NCBI GenBank assembly: GCA_037441385.1 | Contig: JBBISH010000014.1 | Location: 10,850-74,849, forward strand | DNA length: 64,000 nucleotides | Direction of reading: 5' to 3' | Source of the DNA: Myxococcales bacterium | Lineage (GTDB): Bacteria; Myxococcota_A; UBA9042 | Shown: one piece after another, positions 28,478 through 36,398 of the stretch | How the letters are laid out: every line of letters begins with the position of its first letter | Numbering within the stretch: the first letter of the stretch is position 1 | Translations under genes and position numbers: made by a program | Notes under the pieces: generated by a model | What the model was told of the DNA's origin: nothing | What the model saw: the letters and a program-made list of their open reading frames with translations, nothing else | Database searches by the model: none

Positions 28478-30328
28478 CTACGGGGCTTCTTCCACCCACA
28501 GCGTGGCGTGTGCGGTCTGGCGGCCGTCCGAGGCGTACTGGCCCACGTCTTCCAGGATCAGGTGGTTCCACCACACCGTGAAGGTGTGCGCTCCGGCCGG
28601 GACGTTGGTGGCGATGCACGAGATGGTGTCCGCGCGCACCTCGTCGGTGTTGCCGTAGTACTCCGAGCCGCAGCCCCAGGGCGTGGGGATGACCTTGTCG
28701 TCCATGCGGACTTCGATGCCGCCCCAACCCCAGCTGCTGTGGGTCTCTAGCGCGCCGGTCATGACCTGAATCTTTAGCACCGAGGCGGCCTGCTGCTTGG
28801 TCAGGGTCGCCTTCAAGTTGGTGTCCAACTGAGCCCAACCGCCGCCGGCGTTGCCGGTGTGGGGGCCGGTCACGGTGGCCGTGGCATAGTTGAGCTTCTG
28901 CGGGATGGAAACGCCATTTACGGTGCCGTCGACGAGGAGGTCGCCCTTGACCTGCACCTTCTTGTTCGACAGGGTCTGGATGTTGATCGACCAGTTGAAT
29001 TTGCCGTCGAACCCGCCCGAGCCGCCGCCGGCAAGCAGGTCCTTGACCGTCACCGACCACGCACCGGCGATGTTCTTGCCCACCCAATCCTTGTTGATAT
29101 CGCCCGAGACGATCGCCATGTCGCTGTTGAAGTTCGCCGTCAGCACCGTGCCGGTCTTGGAGCCGTCGTACAGCACGTAGGGCGACGGCATGCCGGGACC
29201 GTACAGTTCGATGCGCACCTTGGCGACGTTGCTGTTGTTTACCGTCATCGAGATCCAAACCTTCTGCGCCAGGCCGATGTCCGGGAAGGACAGGGTGTCG
29301 GTCACGCCGGCGGTCAGGCCGTCTTTGATCGCGACATCGGTCGTGCCCGCCTTGCTATCGACAAACTGGTTGAAGATCAGGCCATTACTGACCTCGTCGA
29401 TGCCATCAGCCGGCATATCTTTCTCGCTGAGAATGCCGCACACCAGGCTGCCATCCGCCGCCAGCCCCTTGACGACCAGCCCGGTGCCGCAGCTTTTGCC
29501 CACCTGAGCCAGCACGGGCGCGTCCACCAAGTCGGCGTATTTCCCGGTCGATGCCACCTTGGCCAACTGCGGCTTGTCGGCCAGATCGTTGTAGCTGCCG
29601 GTACCGGCCACCGGCGCCAGCGACGCGGCCTTGACGTAGTCCGACAGGTCACTCTTGGACGCCAACCCAACCAAATCCGCGGCTTTCGCATAGGCGGCCA
29701 GGTCGGCACTCTTGGCATAGGCGCCCAGGTCCGCCGCCTTGGCATACACACCCAAATCCGCGGACTTGGCATAGACGCTCAGGTCCGCCGATTTGGCATA
29801 GGGGCTCAGGTCTGCGGTCTTGGCATAGGCCGCCAGGTCGGCAGACTTGGCATAGGCCGCCAGATCCGAAGTCTTGGCAAAGGGTTGCAGCACGCCACCT
29901 TCGAGCATCGCCGCGGTGATGCAGCCCGAGCACTCCAGCCCTTCGGCCACCACGGCGCGCTGCGCGTACAACACCGACGCCAACGGCTGCCGCGGCAGCT
30001 CGGGATCCGAACCAATCTGCACGCCGATCCAGGCCTTGCTCAAGCTCAGGCTCGCGGGTACGAGTGGAGTCTTCGTGCCCAAGTTCCAAAGGAACAAGCC
30101 GCCTTGCACGTCGACGCTGACGGGCCCTTCGCTCCAGACCGCCGAACCACCGGCCTCCGCCGCATAGATGGCAAAGGTCACGTTGTAGCTGCCGTCCGAG
30201 ACGGTCCCCCCGGCCTGCGACGTCAACCGGCCCTGGGTGATGGTGGTGGGCGGCACAGCGGCCTGGGCGGTCGCCGCGCCACACAGGGCGAGCAGACTGA
30301 ACAGCAAAGTCGATAGGCGCAGATTCAT
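28478..30328 (-). CDS. Secreted fibre-like protein, paralog of 3471-5687 with a different C-terminal tip domain
   Basis: GGAG RBS; signal peptide AQA; same N-domain (GG.AVWSE, DPELPR.PL.SV.YA, GLECSGCI), repeats, SCGTGLVVKGL and P-like domain; unrelated sequence after KKVQVKGDL. Confidence 0.85.
   Translation of the reverse strand: MNLRLSTLLFSLLALCGAATAQAAVPPTTITQGRLTSQAGGTVSDGSYNVTFAIYAAEAGGSAVWSEGPVSVDVQGGLFLWNLGTKTPLVPASLSLSKAWIGVQIGSDPELPRQPLASVLYAQRAVVAEGLECSGCITAAMLEGGVLQPFAKTSDLAAYAKSADLAAYAKTADLSPYAKSADLSVYAKSADLGVYAKAADLGAYAKSADLAAYAKAADLVGLASKSDLSDYVKAASLAPVAGTGSYNDLADKPQLAKVASTGKYADLVDAPVLAQVGKSCGTGLVVKGLAADGSLVCGILSEKDMPADGIDEVSNGLIFNQFVDSKAGTTDVAIKDGLTAGVTDTLSFPDIGLAQKVWISMTVNNSNVAKVRIELYGPGMPSPYVLYDGSKTGTVLTANFNSDMAIVSGDINKDWVGKNIAGAWSVTVKDLLAGGGSGGFDGKFNWSINIQTLSNKKVQVKGDLLVDGTVNGVSIPQKLNYATATVTGPHTGNAGGGWAQLDTNLKATLTKQQAASVLKIQVMTGALETHSSWGWGGIEVRMDDKVIPTPWGCGSEYYGNTDEVRADTISCIATNVPAGAHTFTVWWNHLILEDVGQYASDGRQTAHATLWVEEAP
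29630..29890 (-). repeat. 27-bp / 9-aa intragenic tandem repeat (about 10 units)
   Basis: FAKTSDLAAYAKSADLAAYAKTADLSPYAKSADLSVYAKSADLGVYAKAADLGAYAKSADLAAYAKAADLVGLASKSDLSDYVK. Confidence 0.85.
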
Positions 30329-30558
30329 GGTGGGCTCCCGGCGGGGACGAAAGGGCACGCACATCCAAAGGACGATGCAGGCTGCGGAACGGTTGGACAG
30401 ACCCGTCGCGGGCCGCCCCGCCGACCCCGCGCCGCACGCAAATAGGGTACGTCTGGCGCCAGAGGTGGTCAAACCCCATGAAACCACAACATTACGTTTA
30501 CCTGACAAGTTTGCCACAGCTCTGTAGCTACGCGAGACGCCGCGAGGGCGATGAAGCG

Positions 30559-30604
30559 CAAAAAACGGCGACGCCGGCAGAGGTTTTGCCCCCTGCCGGC
30601 GCCG
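30559..30604 (-). terminator. Probable intrinsic terminator downstream of the tube gene
   Basis: Minus strand: CGGCGCCGGCAGGGGGCAAAACCTCTGCCGGCGTCGCCG followed by TTTTTT. Confidence 0.7.
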
Positions 30605-30617
30605 ACTCGTACTTTTT

Positions 30618-30701
30618 GCTGTGCGAGCTCTTTTTGGCTGTGCGAGCTCTTCTTGGCTGTGCGAGCTCTTCTTGGCTGTGCGAGCTCTTTTTGGCTGTGC
30701 G
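30618..30701. repeat. 19-bp tandem repeat, 4.4 copies
   Basis: GCTGTGCGAGCTCTTYTTG units start at 30618, 30637, 30656, 30675 and 30694 (partial); no spacers. Confidence 0.9.
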
Positions 30702-30791
30702 TGCTTGTCAGCTTGTGGCTGTTGCCTCTTGAGCTACGGCGAGCCTTCGACCCGCGCGTCGTGCCCCGTCTGGATCACAGCCGCGTCAAGA

Positions 30792-31223
30792 TCAACCGCG
30801 CTCCAGCTTCTCAACGGCCAGCTCGAGCTCTTCGACGTTGACGTCGGTGCCCTTGCCGTCCAGGGTGAAGCCCTTCCACTTGGTCGGCCAGCCCTCGAAG
30901 AAGTTGTAGCGCATGATCTCCGAGCCGTCGTCGGCGCAGAGGATGACCGAGCCCGACTTGCGCTGCACCTTGCCCTCGACGACGGCCTTGCGCCATTCCC
31001 AGAGCTCAGTGTTGTTGATGTAGCCGCGCTTGAAGGTGATGTTGCTGTACTTGGTGCGGCCCGGGCGCTTACGCAGCACCATATCGTCGCCGTCCTGGTA
31101 CTCGATGATCTCGGTCTCGCTGTCCAGGCCTTCCACGTTGCGGAAAGCACCCTGGGTGACGCCTTCGATCTCGATCTTGAAGTTGAAGTTACCGATGTGG
31201 TCGAATGCACGACGGTTAGGCAT
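30792..31223 (-). CDS. Phage tail tube protein, T4 gp19 / Afp1-5 (eCIS) family
   Basis: FNFKIEIEG, F..VEGLDSETEIIEYQDG, KRPGRTKYSNITFKRG, W.WR, RKSGSVIL, WPTKWKG..LD, VEELELAVE; GGAG RBS. Confidence 0.9.
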   Translation of the reverse strand: MPNRRAFDHIGNFNFKIEIEGVTQGAFRNVEGLDSETEIIEYQDGDDMVLRKRPGRTKYSNITFKRGYINNTELWEWRKAVVEGKVQRKSGSVILCADDGSEIMRYNFFEGWPTKWKGFTLDGKGTDVNVEELELAVEKLERG

Positions 31224-31316
31224 GTCACTTCTCCGGCCCCCTTCGAGGGCCTGGGCGGTTGCGCCAGCTCAGAACGGCTTCTGGTCCGGCATCTTGTGTT
31301 TCCACCCTAGTTCGCC

Positions 31317-31333
31317 GCGCGGCGCGTGCCAAA
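31317..31333 (-). promoter_or_regulatory. Possible sigma-54 promoter upstream of the tube gene
   Basis: Minus strand TTTGGCACGCGCCGCGC gives GG-N10-GC with a perfect TGGCACG -24 box but a non-consensus -12 box. Confidence 0.3.
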
Positions 31334-31621
31334 CTCCACAAGACGCTTTGGAAGGTAGCCCCTCCGCCGGGCCCCCGCAAGTGTCAATTGCGGCAGCCCC
31401 GCGAAATCGGCCACAGGGTGGGACATGCAGACCCCGATGAGGTCAAATCCTCCGGGGGTACGGGGGTCTACAGGGTCGGTTCGCGCGCGAGGCTGGCCCA
31501 ATTCACGCCTGATCGGCCGCGATCGCGCCGACGAAGAATCGCGGCCTGGGCCGCATAATCCGTTGACCTGCTTACGCAAATAAGCGAAGCCGGTGAACGA
31601 AGCCGGTGAGCGAATCCGCCT

Positions 31622-32578
31622 TCAGAATCCTTCGGGCAGTCCGCCTGGCGCGGCCGGGTCGCTTGGTTCGGCGGTCGACGTGCCGGTCGCAGGCCGTTCA
31701 GCGGGCGCGGCAGGCCGCAATTCGGGCTGATCTTGCAGGGGATCGCGCCAGCGCGGCCGTTCGGTGGCATAGAACGCCGCGCCCTTGCTGCGCCCCAGCG
31801 ACCGCACGTAGTGCACCAAAGCCCAACGATCCGCAACCAACGGAATGGACTGATCATACGACGGCATGGGCGAGCCATCCAGGCCGGTGACGAAGGTGCG
31901 GTAGACGTCGAGCGGGCGCATGCCGCCCTTGTAGACGCCGTAGGTAAAGTCAAAGACGTGACTGGGGGTGCCGTCGCTGTTTTTCGCGGTCGTTGCCGCC
32001 AGACCGTCGCCGCGCCCGTCAGCGCCGTGGCACTCGCCGCACTTGAGCTGGGTGTAGAGCTGGCGACCGCGCTCGATACTAGCTGGCGTTTCAGCGACTT
32101 CGGTAACATCAGCTGGCACGAGCAGGTCGTCGACCTGGCGCGGCTCGGCGGCAAAACGCGGCGACAGCGTCTCTAGGAACAGGACTAGCGAAAGGAGCTG
32201 CCGGTCGGTCAGCTGCTCTTGCCAGCCCGGCATCGCGCTGCCCGGCAGGCCCAGGGCCAGGCTGCGGAGCAAATCGGCGCGCAGCGGGAGGGCGCCGCTG
32301 GTGGTGGAGCGAAAGCGGTACTCGCCGCGGGTGAGGTCGCGCGGCCGCGGGAAAAGGTGCTCTGCCACTGGGGATTTGCCGTCTCCCCTGGGCCCGTGGC
32401 AGCCGCTGCACAGGGCGCTGAACAATTGCCGGCCCTCTGCCGGGGTGGCCGGCGGTTCGGCAGCGCTTTCTGCTGGCGCAGGGCTGGGTTGCACGCCCGC
32501 GCCGCCACAGGCCCCCAGCGCGATGGCGAGCAGGGCGGAGGCGGTGCAGGCCGCGCGAAGTTGGCTAAAGGAAGCCAT
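31622..32578 (-). CDS. Diheme c-type cytochrome lipoprotein
   Basis: Lipobox LGAC; CSGCH and CGECH; PRPRDLT, GLPGSAMP and GLDGSPMP distal Met motifs. Confidence 0.9.
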   Translation of the reverse strand: MASFSQLRAACTASALLAIALGACGGAGVQPSPAPAESAAEPPATPAEGRQLFSALCSGCHGPRGDGKSPVAEHLFPRPRDLTRGEYRFRSTTSGALPLRADLLRSLALGLPGSAMPGWQEQLTDRQLLSLVLFLETLSPRFAAEPRQVDDLLVPADVTEVAETPASIERGRQLYTQLKCGECHGADGRGDGLAATTAKNSDGTPSHVFDFTYGVYKGGMRPLDVYRTFVTGLDGSPMPSYDQSIPLVADRWALVHYVRSLGRSKGAAFYATERPRWRDPLQDQPELRPAAPAERPATGTSTAEPSDPAAPGGLPEGF

Positions 32579-33686
32579 GGAGTTGCACCAGCAGTTCGTC
32601 GGCGTTGCCCGCCGGCCGTTGGGGGATGTCGCGGTTCTTCCGGTACTCCAAGCGAATTTCGGAGAACTGCAGCGGGAACCAGCCCAGACCGACCACAAAG
32701 CGGTCGCGCTCGTTGTTGGCGATCTGCCGCGAAGGGTCAAAGGCTTCGAACCGGCCACGCAAGTGCAGGCCGCGCCAGAGCTCGAAATCGCCTTCGGTAA
32801 AGAGCGAATACTGGTCGTAGATCTCGGGATTGCCGATGCCGCGAATCCAGTCGATCGAGCCGAGCAGCGTAAGCCGCGCCAGCCGCATCCCACCGTGAAG
32901 ACCGGCGGTCACGGTTTGGAAGGGGAAGTCGCGGACCGATGTGTCATTCCACGCGGCCGAGGCGTAGAGGCGCCACCACGAGTCGAATACCCCAACCGTG
33001 GCAGTGAGTTGCTTGGCCAAGTTGCCGTCCGCGCCGCCCAAGCTGCCGTTGCTCAGCGACAGCGCTGCCGACCAGTGCTTGCCGGTGGCGCCGACCTCGA
33101 TGCCCAGGTCTTGGTTGGCGTAGTTGAAGCCGGTCTGCTGGCGCATGAACGCGGTGTCGTCCCAAATCCGCAGGCCGTACGGCAACATGAAGCGCCCGGC
33201 CTTGAGGTAGAGCCCGCCCGGCAGCGCGCCGTACAGCAAGAAGGCCTCGCGGGCCGAGGCGCCTTCGGGGGCGACGACCTCGTCGACGTACACCGAGAGC
33301 GCGTCGGGCACGACGTCGGCGCGGAGGTAGAGGTTGCCCTCGCTGATGTCGAAGGAATTCGAGGCTGGGGTGGAGTACTGCTTGCCCTGGATGGCCGTAT
33401 GCGCGGGCAGGATGGTTCGGTGATCCAGGCGGAGATTGGCGCCAAAGTGAACCGTTGAGCCGAGTTGCGGGTCAGCGGCACCGACACTGCGCCAAGTGGG
33501 CAAGTGGGTCTGGGCCCAGGCGACGCCAAAGGCCGTGCGCATGCCGCCGCCGGTGCGGTTGACGTGGCAGTCGCTGCACGGCAGCCCTTCGCGCAAGGCA
33601 AAGCGCGGCTCGGCCTGCGCGCCAGTAGACCACAGGGTCACCGCGGCACATACGCACAGGGCGAGAGCGGCGAGGGCGCGAGCCAT
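32565..33686 (-). CDS. Cyc2-like fused monoheme cytochrome c / outer-membrane beta-barrel
   Basis: Signal peptide, then EPRFALREGLPCSDCH...RTAFG, followed by amphipathic beta-strands ending VQLHGFL. Confidence 0.7.
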   Translation of the reverse strand: MARALAALALCVCAAVTLWSTGAQAEPRFALREGLPCSDCHVNRTGGGMRTAFGVAWAQTHLPTWRSVGAADPQLGSTVHFGANLRLDHRTILPAHTAIQGKQYSTPASNSFDISEGNLYLRADVVPDALSVYVDEVVAPEGASAREAFLLYGALPGGLYLKAGRFMLPYGLRIWDDTAFMRQQTGFNYANQDLGIEVGATGKHWSAALSLSNGSLGGADGNLAKQLTATVGVFDSWWRLYASAAWNDTSVRDFPFQTVTAGLHGGMRLARLTLLGSIDWIRGIGNPEIYDQYSLFTEGDFELWRGLHLRGRFEAFDPSRQIANNERDRFVVGLGWFPLQFSEIRLEYRKNRDIPQRPAGNADELLVQLHGFL

Positions 33687-34315
33687 CAGTTTTCGCCTCC
33701 AAGATCCGTCGGTTGCAGCATGTCGCCTCCGCCATCCTGCGTGTCCGGGCCGGGTTCGCTTGGGCCGGGTTCGCTTGGGCCGGGTTCGCTGGGCTCGCCG
33801 CCCGCATCGGGCAGGGGCACCGTGAGCACCTCGGCGTCGGCGGGCTCGTCCTTCCAGTCCGTGGTGGCGCCAGCCGAAATCCAGTGCCGCAGGGATGTGA
33901 TCTGCGCGCTACTCAAGAAGGGCGGCCCAGTCCTGGGCATCCGCGAACCCACGCGCCGCGGATCGCTGCCGATCACCTTGGCCATCAGGTAGCTGTCCTC
34001 GGGCTTGCCTGGGGCCACCCGCAGCATCGCCGGCACCTCCGACGACGCCACACCGACCAGCATCTTGTACGCCGAAGCCGTGTCCAGCGCCAACCCCTTG
34101 GGCGCCGCGCCGCCGTGATGGCACGGCTGGGCGCAGGTGGGCTCCAGAATCTGCGATTGGATCTCGGGCCACGTCTTGGGCCCGGTCGCGCCAGGCTCGG
34201 GCGGCGCCGGCACCCCCACGCCGTTGCCCACGCAGCCGGCCATCGCCCAGCCGAGCAGCCCTTGCATCGCCCAGCGCGAGCGCGACAATACAAGGAGCAC
34301 CGAGGCCGCCGACAT
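33686..34315 (-). CDS. Putative cytochrome c lipoprotein (atypical CX3CH); start uncertain
   Basis: MAGC lipobox; WPEIQSQILEPTCAQPCHH, PGKPEDSYLM and RMP...LS..QI..LRHWISAGA (planctomycete-cytochrome-like); PSEPG x3 tail. Confidence 0.7.
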   Translation of the reverse strand: MSAASVLLVLSRSRWAMQGLLGWAMAGCVGNGVGVPAPPEPGATGPKTWPEIQSQILEPTCAQPCHHGGAAPKGLALDTASAYKMLVGVASSEVPAMLRVAPGKPEDSYLMAKVIGSDPRRVGSRMPRTGPPFLSSAQITSLRHWISAGATTDWKDEPADAEVLTVPLPDAGGEPSEPGPSEPGPSEPGPDTQDGGGDMLQPTDLGGEN

Positions 34316-34526
34316 GAAGCACCCTTGTGTCATCTTACTGATCTTAATGGCGATTGTGGCAACCAGCTGCGTTACCGTGCAGCCGTGGCAGCGGGGCACG
34401 CTGAGCGAGCCGGCGATGGAATTGAAGCCGCGGCTGGGTAGCGAATTCCACAACCACGTGCGGCAGGTGCGCGAAGCGGCCATCGGCGGCGAGGGCGGCG
34501 CGGGCGGCGGCTGCGGCTGCAACTGA
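34314..34526 (+). CDS. DUF4266-family small lipoprotein
   Basis: MKHPCVILLILMAIVATSCVTVQPWQRGTL...REAAIGGEGGAGGGCGCN; characteristic VxPWxRxxL and GGGCGCN end. Confidence 0.85.
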   Translation: MKHPCVILLILMAIVATSCVTVQPWQRGTLSEPAMELKPRLGSEFHNHVRQVREAAIGGEGGAGGGCGCN

Positions 34527-34558
34527 TCGACGCGCGGCGGCATCCGGCTCCTGAGGGT

Positions 34559-35704
34559 CTAAAGATCAACGGACAAGGCAGCTTGGAGGATGCCGGTCCA
34601 GGTGTCGGCCATGGGCACAAAGGCGCCGTTGACCAGCGTGCGGAAGTCGTCGTAGCGTTCCCAGCCCGCCATGGCCTGCAGCACCGCCTCCCAGTTTTGC
34701 CAGCGAGTGCGCAAGGTTAGCTGAGTGCTGTCGGCAATCTGACCAACCAGGCGGCGGTCGCGCGTCATGTACTCGCGCTCTACGGAATACATCGCCCGCT
34801 CGAAGCTGGCCCGCGACTGCCAGTAGAAGCGATTGCTCAGCTCGACTTCGACCGCATAGTGGAACTTGAAGGTGGCGCCCAGCTCGGCCGTGTTGGCGCG
34901 GACGCCCCAGGTGTCGACGTAGCCGCGGTAGAAAGCGCGCAAGAACCAACGGTTGCTCAAGGCCTGGCGGCCCTCGATCGTGACGCCGTGGCGGGTGCGC
35001 TGATCGGGATGCTGCTCGGCGACCCACTGCGCGTGGTCTTTGGTCCACAGGTCGACCGTCTTGGGCACGAGGGGCACCATCCGATAGGGACTGGACTGAA
35101 AGCCGTTGATTTGCTGCAGAGTATACGCCAGCGACAGGACCGCAGTGCGGCTGATCAGCTGGGTGAGGGTGGCGTCGAGCCGGTGACTGGTGCGGTCGTG
35201 CCACAGCGCTTCGGGCTCGCGGACGCTGCCCAGCCGGTCCAGGCCCACACCATAGGTCAATGATGTAGCCAGGTTGCGCGACAGCCACTCGCGAGTGGCG
35301 CCCAGGCTGACGGTGTGACTGCGGGTGTCGTTTTCGGTGCTGTAGGTATAGCCCGCGTGGCCTGCGAGCCCTTGCTCGTCGTAGACGGCCTGCAACCCCG
35401 CTTCTTTGCGGACGTCGTGAAAGCGCGCGCTGGCCCCCGAGATCATGTCCACCGAAGCGGCCGAAATGAAATCCGTTTTCAGATCGGCTTGGAGCGAGGC
35501 GCCGCTCTTGACGCGCTGCCGGGCTTGGACCCACGGCGAGATCACCTGCAGGCCATCGTTGTTGCGATACACGGCCGTGCCGGTCGCTGCGTGCGCCCCC
35601 AGTTCGTCGGCCCGGACCGGCGCCGCCAGGCCAAACAGCGCGCACAGCACGGCCCAATGCCACGCCACGCTGGCCCAATGGAGCCCCAGGCGCGGCGCGA
35701 TCAC
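34559..35704 (-). CDS. DUF3570-family outer-membrane beta-barrel protein
   Basis: GTG start overlapping the upstream stop; signal peptide; DFISAASVDMISGAS, STEND, GFQSSPYR, EQHPDQRTR, RGYVDTWGV, RFYWQSRASF. Confidence 0.8.
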   Translation of the reverse strand: MIAPRLGLHWASVAWHWAVLCALFGLAAPVRADELGAHAATGTAVYRNNDGLQVISPWVQARQRVKSGASLQADLKTDFISAASVDMISGASARFHDVRKEAGLQAVYDEQGLAGHAGYTYSTENDTRSHTVSLGATREWLSRNLATSLTYGVGLDRLGSVREPEALWHDRTSHRLDATLTQLISRTAVLSLAYTLQQINGFQSSPYRMVPLVPKTVDLWTKDHAQWVAEQHPDQRTRHGVTIEGRQALSNRWFLRAFYRGYVDTWGVRANTAELGATFKFHYAVEVELSNRFYWQSRASFERAMYSVEREYMTRDRRLVGQIADSTQLTLRTRWQNWEAVLQAMAGWERYDDFRTLVNGAFVPMADTWTGILQAALSVDL

Positions 35705-36231
35705 GGCAGCACCCAGTCGACCCAGTCGGCGAGGAGCTTGTAGTCGGGGTCGTCGCGGCTGGCGAAGATCTCGAAGCCGCTGCCGTGACGGATGCCACCT
35801 TGGTCCAGGGGCAGGCACTTGAGCAAGAGTTTGCAGTTATTCAACGAGGTTACGCCGCGCAAGCGGTTGCGGATGGCGTCGTAGTTCCACGTGAGCTCGG
35901 CCTCGGTCAGGCGCGTCTCGTCCAACGGCGTCTCCGCAAACTCGGGAGGCGCGCGAAGGAAATCCACGGCGTACAGCTTGAGGCTGCGATGCGGGTCGCC
36001 GTGGCAGGCCGACGAAGCACAGCGCCGCCCCAAGACCGGTTGCACGAAGGTGACAAACTGGCCGTAGTTGGGTTTGGGCGGTACGTAGCGCGGATTGTCT
36101 ATGGACTCGCACCCGGCGACGGCGAGCAAAACAACACTGATTACAAGAACTTTGGCCAAAGTGCGCCGCAGGAGCCGCCATGGTCTGGTCCGCCGCGGGG
36201 GGCTTGAAAGGGGTTGCAGGTGGCCATTCAT
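35701..36231 (-). CDS. Putative monoheme lipoprotein (CX4CH)
   Basis: LAVAGC lipobox; FVTFVQPVLGRRCASSACHG, LLLK.L...GG..HG.GF and DPDYKLLADWV. Confidence 0.7.
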   Translation of the reverse strand: MNGHLQPLSSPPRRTRPWRLLRRTLAKVLVISVVLLAVAGCESIDNPRYVPPKPNYGQFVTFVQPVLGRRCASSACHGDPHRSLKLYAVDFLRAPPEFAETPLDETRLTEAELTWNYDAIRNRLRGVTSLNNCKLLLKCLPLDQGGIRHGSGFEIFASRDDPDYKLLADWVDWVLP

Positions 36232-36398
36232 CTCGGCACGACGCGGCTCTCTTGCGGTTGCGCGCCCCCCATGCCGTCTGGACACCGACCAGGGCCGCGG
36301 GAGGTGGCGATTTGGCGTTTGCGCGACCCCTGCGGGCGGTGGTATCAAGCAAGTGGAGATCGGAAGAGCACGCACACCGCCTGATTCGATGCTATGCA

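Noticed and set aside
30470..30530. c-di-GMP riboswitch upstream of the fibre gene (GGCAAAC on the minus strand)
   Set aside because: No GNRA-capped P2 stem or matching second stem; more likely an AT-rich promoter.
30618..30701. Possible CRISPR array
   Set aside because: The units are contiguous 19-mers with no unique spacers, and no cas genes are present.
28478..31223. Prophage
   Set aside because: No integrase, terminase, capsid, sheath or lysis genes; the fibre has a Sec signal peptide.
33686..34543. 285-aa ORF taken as the true cytochrome gene
   Set aside because: Its first 76 codons are the antisense of a clear DUF4266 gene and would bury the lipoprotein signal; treated under the inversion finding.
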